Below are positions 60,154 to 64,000 of a DNA stretch of 64,000 bases, piece by piece. Position 1 is the stretch's first letter. The number at the start of each line of letters is the position of its first letter. A program made the translations under genes and the position numbers. Source of the DNA: the human T2T-CHM13v2.0 reference genome, Homo sapiens. The stretch lies in the NCBI RefSeq assembly GCF_009914755.1, contig NC_060947.1, one strand, 5' to 3'. The notes beneath the pieces are model-generated. The model did not search any database, was not told where the DNA came from, and saw only the letters and a program-made list of their open reading frames with translations.

Positions 60154-61736
60154 TATTACCAATCCAAATTAATAAATACAATGTAAAAGCTAAAATAATT
60201 TAAACAAAAAAGAAAAAGAAAATTTGAGTCAAAAGTCCAGTTCGAATTTTTTCTATCCTGAAACTTAGTAGTTGTGTGACGTTATGCAAATTTGTCCTAC
60301 CAAAATGAACCCCGTTTTATTCCTATCTGCATGATGGGAATAATTAACACACTTCACAGTTGTCGTCTTTAGGGCAGCATCTCAATCTGTGTTAGAAGTA
60401 TATATGCATTACAAATCTTCACTAGGGGCTGCGGGACATAGAACTGTATAGGACAAGTCCTTAGTTCTCCTCAAGAAGTGAATACTCTACCAAGATAGAA
60501 AGGTATGACTAAACATTAGCAATGCAATGTAAACAGATGAGAAAAGACCATGACTTAGCACACATCAAACTTGTTACACAAAGTTGAGCTCACTGAGATC
60601 TGGGGTGCTAAAGGAAGGCTTTGAGAAAAAAGAAATCAAAATTAAGGTAGGCTTTTAGAAGAAGAAATGGCAGCCATACTTAGGGGACAGGTGTGTATGA
60701 GAAAGGGGGTTGCTGATGGAGCCTGTGGAATGGAGATAACCAGAACGATAAGTTTAGAGCATTTATAAGGAAACTTGTAGGATACAGACTTACAGAGTGG
60801 CAATTACATTTGCACAATCACAAAATCTTCGGGAGAGAATCCAGATGACGGCATTCATGCACAACTGTCCCAACGACTATTTGATACCAAATCGTGGCAT
60901 TTCGCAGCATTTCCACTGAAATCATTCCATGTTTCTATGCCAACTCAACTGACACATATTATTTTTTCAAGGAGCTTTTTATAGGCTTAGATGGTTAGGA
61001 AGATTCACCATGAGTCTCAGTATCAATAGTCACAGGATTTGTGGAGTGGAGTCCTTTGTGCTGGTACTGAATAAGAAACCAGAAAATGTCCTTCTCTCTC
61101 CCAGGAGTCACATAGCAGGAGGAGAAAATCAAGGGCATGAACCACAAATGAGCAGTCCCTGGCATAATCCCCAACAGCACGGGGCAGCTGGGCCAATTCC
61201 AACCCACTTAGTTTGAAGATGTCTGGAACATTCCTATTCCTAGTAATAAGTGGCTCCTGCCCAAGATCCCTGAGGGAAGCCTTCCTGATGTGTAGGAAAA
61301 GCAGGCTGTCTGCTGGGAAAACAGACGTATCTTCACCTCACCACACCCTCAGATGCCAGTATCACTGTCACAGCACAGTCTGAGAAGAGTGGCCTATGGG
61401 AAAATGGCAGAGGCCTATCATTAACCACGCAGTAAGTGGAGGGGCAGACAATAAAACCACTGCTCATCGCCTGGGGACACACTTCCCATCACAGGTGCAC
61501 CATGGGCACGATGCTCATTTTTCTGTGAGCTGGAGCCCTTCATGGGGGTGGTGGGGGTGGCCCCAGTACCAGTGAGAGTCGTTCAGTACTATTTCCTTCT
61601 ATAGCCAGGCCAGCTGTTTTGGTCTCGAGACTGAGGCTGGAGATAAGAGAAAAATGATACCTCACACTATCCCTCTTCAGAGATATTCTAGTTCAACTTC
61701 CTGTGTAAAGACGAGGACACGGACACTGCCATGTGA

Positions 61737-61829
61737 TTTCATTCATTCATTCATTCACTCATTCTAAGAGTAAAGCACAGTGCCTCACACATTGAATGAA
61801 TGAATGAATGAATGAATGAATGAATGAAT
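61737..61829. repeat. (TTCA)n and (TGAA)n in inverted arrangement
   Basis: ttcattcattcattcattcactcattc, a spacer of about 28 nt, then (tgaa)8. Confidence 0.9.
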
Positions 61830-63261
61830 GGCAGAGACATTATTGGGAAAAATCCTCCATGGGGGCCTAAAGAGCCCTGATTTCCCCCACAGAAAAAGGT
61901 TTCCTTCCTGTGAGGAGCAAAAGGAACTGAGAGATCCTAACTATATTTGCCACTGTTCTTAACTAGGTACTGCCACACCCAGGACTGTGTGGTCCTCCCA
62001 ATTCCACCAATATTTAGTAAGCACCTATCTTGCACTGCCCCAGTACCTGGGGACAGATTCACTGCTGAACAAAACAGATAAAGACTCCATCCTTGAGAAG
62101 TTTCCAACAAGAGAGAGGCAGTTACAGAGCCTGAACAGCCCCTGCTTGGAAATCAAGCTTGCTTATGTTTGCATTTCTATAGTTAAGAAAAGAAAGAAAT
62201 GCGTCTCTTTGTAACAAAGTAGGGATTACGAATACCACACCAAGGGCTTATAACTTCCACCCCAAGGAAAGGACAATAATAAAAGGGGGCAGATGCCGTT
62301 CCCCACTCATAAACAGTCTTCTGCAGGCCTTGGCTCTAGGCTGAGAACAAATCCCACCTGTGTCCCTCTACGACCAACCCAGTCAGCTCTGGAGCCCTTT
62401 GATTAGTTTTGCCTCTTCTAGAACTTCACATAAATGTGCTAAGATACAATTTCACCGTGCCCCAAGAGTGAATCTCACCTTTGGCCCAGAGCTGGGAGCA
62501 GAGCAGCTTACACCTGGTAGCGTTTGAGAACGATGGAATAAAACCACTTCAACAGTTTCTATCTGAGGGCCTTGCAATTTTCATGTCTTTACAATCAACA
62601 GCATCTAAGTGGGTTCAGGGTCCAAGGAAGTAGTTTTTAAATCTTAACCCTGTTGGAGATTGGGCAAACACCTGGGTGAACTTCAATACTCCCATCCCCA
62701 CCCCTTCTTGCACCCCATTTGTAAGGCACTAAAGAGGAAGTCTGTGACTGAAAAGATGGCGTGCTCCCTGTGAGTGCTTGGCTATTCAGGCCAGTTCCTA
62801 TTTATCACCCCTGAAGTTTTACCTGTCAACTGGACTGAGAAGGGGTATGGAGGCTTTATCAGGTCTACAGTCTACCCAAGGGCACAAGTAGCAAGACAGA
62901 AAAAGTTCATCTAAGGATGACTATAGCTTTTTTTCATCCAGTGAATACTTTGATACCCAAACCCCAGTCAGAAGCACACTGGAGGGGTGGGTTTGAGGGA
63001 AGCCTGGGGTTAGGGGGATGCACCCAGACAAACGAAGTCAGCTTCATTGTTTCAAGAGTTGTTTTACCATTCTTCCCATAAAAGAAAAGTGACACATCAA
63101 AGTCTAAGGAAAGGCCCACACCTTAAAGCTGCTAAAATTTTCCTCAAATTTTTTTTTCAGGAGTAACTAAATGAAAATTGTAATACTGTTCCTTTCTCTT
63201 ACTTGGGAAAGGTGTTTTGAGAATTTTTAAAACGCTAAAAAAATGTTAAGACAGCTTTTAA

Positions 63262-63492
63262 AGCTTTTTTAAAATTGAAGTATAATTTACATAAATGCAG
63301 AACTTAACAATACAAGCTGATTAGTTTTGACAAACGCCCATTGTAGCCAACACCTCTATTAACATAAAAAGCATTTCCATCACTCCAGAAAGTTCCCTGT
63401 GCCCCTTCCTAGTCAATCCACCTCCAAGCAATCATTAATCTGATTTCTATCACCTTTGATTCATTTTACTTCTTCTAGAACTTCATATAAAT
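63262..63492 (-). mobile_element. Old L1M fragment
   Basis: ttgaagtataatttacata...catttccatcactccagaaagttccctgtgccccttc...ttctagaacttcatataaatg. Confidence 0.8.
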
Positions 63493-64000
63493 GTGCTGAG
63501 ACATAATTTAACTTTTTAAATATCGCTGAAAATAATACAAATTATTTCTGGTAAACATGTTTTTCTATCAGTAGAACTGGTGAAAAAAAAATATATCTTT
63601 AAGGGGGGCATTTCCTGAAGGCATAAACACCTACACTATTTTCAATCTCAGAGGATGTGGGAAAGCTGGCTATGCCAAATATAAACAAGCATTATCTAGG
63701 TCCTAAATGGCTGGACCAATATTTTCCCCTAATTCTTGTGTAGTTCATTGTATGATTACCTCTTTCTGGCTGGGCCAGAACATTCCATTCACATAGGGAA
63801 GCTGATTTTCATTCCCTCCCCTCACTCTTCTGAGAACAAGGCTATTCTACATGAGAGGCGGCCCTCGAAGAGAAATCTGTAGAGTAATTGGAAGGGAAGT
63901 CATTTAAGAAAACATATACAATTTCTATTTAAGACTTAGGCCAACTGCCCAACAAGACAGAGCAACATCCATGATTTTTCATCAGAGTGGAAAGGGTTTC

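Overview
Primate, almost certainly human, intronic DNA. It is an internal part of SH3KBP1 (CIN85/Ruk) on the minus strand; the gene start lies beyond base 64000 and its end before base 1. Three constitutive exons are recognised by peptide and GT-AG boundaries: 58521-58650 (C-terminal half of SH3-B), 46734-46939 and 8313-8388 (SH3-B to SH3-C linker); numbering them 5, 6 and 7 is from recall. Two in-frame cassette exons (57 nt and 75 nt) and an internal first exon encoding MGEE match isoforms I recall. The rest is Alu, L1, L2, MIR, DNA transposons, two solo LTRs and microsatellites; subfamily names are by eye and boundaries are approximate. The best leads are additional exon-like elements read from the sequence: a 96-nt in-frame cassette, a UG-repeat cryptic terminal exon resembling STMN2 exon 2a, a 45-nt poison-exon candidate and a THE1 LTR ending in a consensus donor. 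None has been checked against RNA data. Nearly all ORF-track entries are spurious, and no prokaryotic-type system, CRISPR array, tRNA or rRNA was seen.
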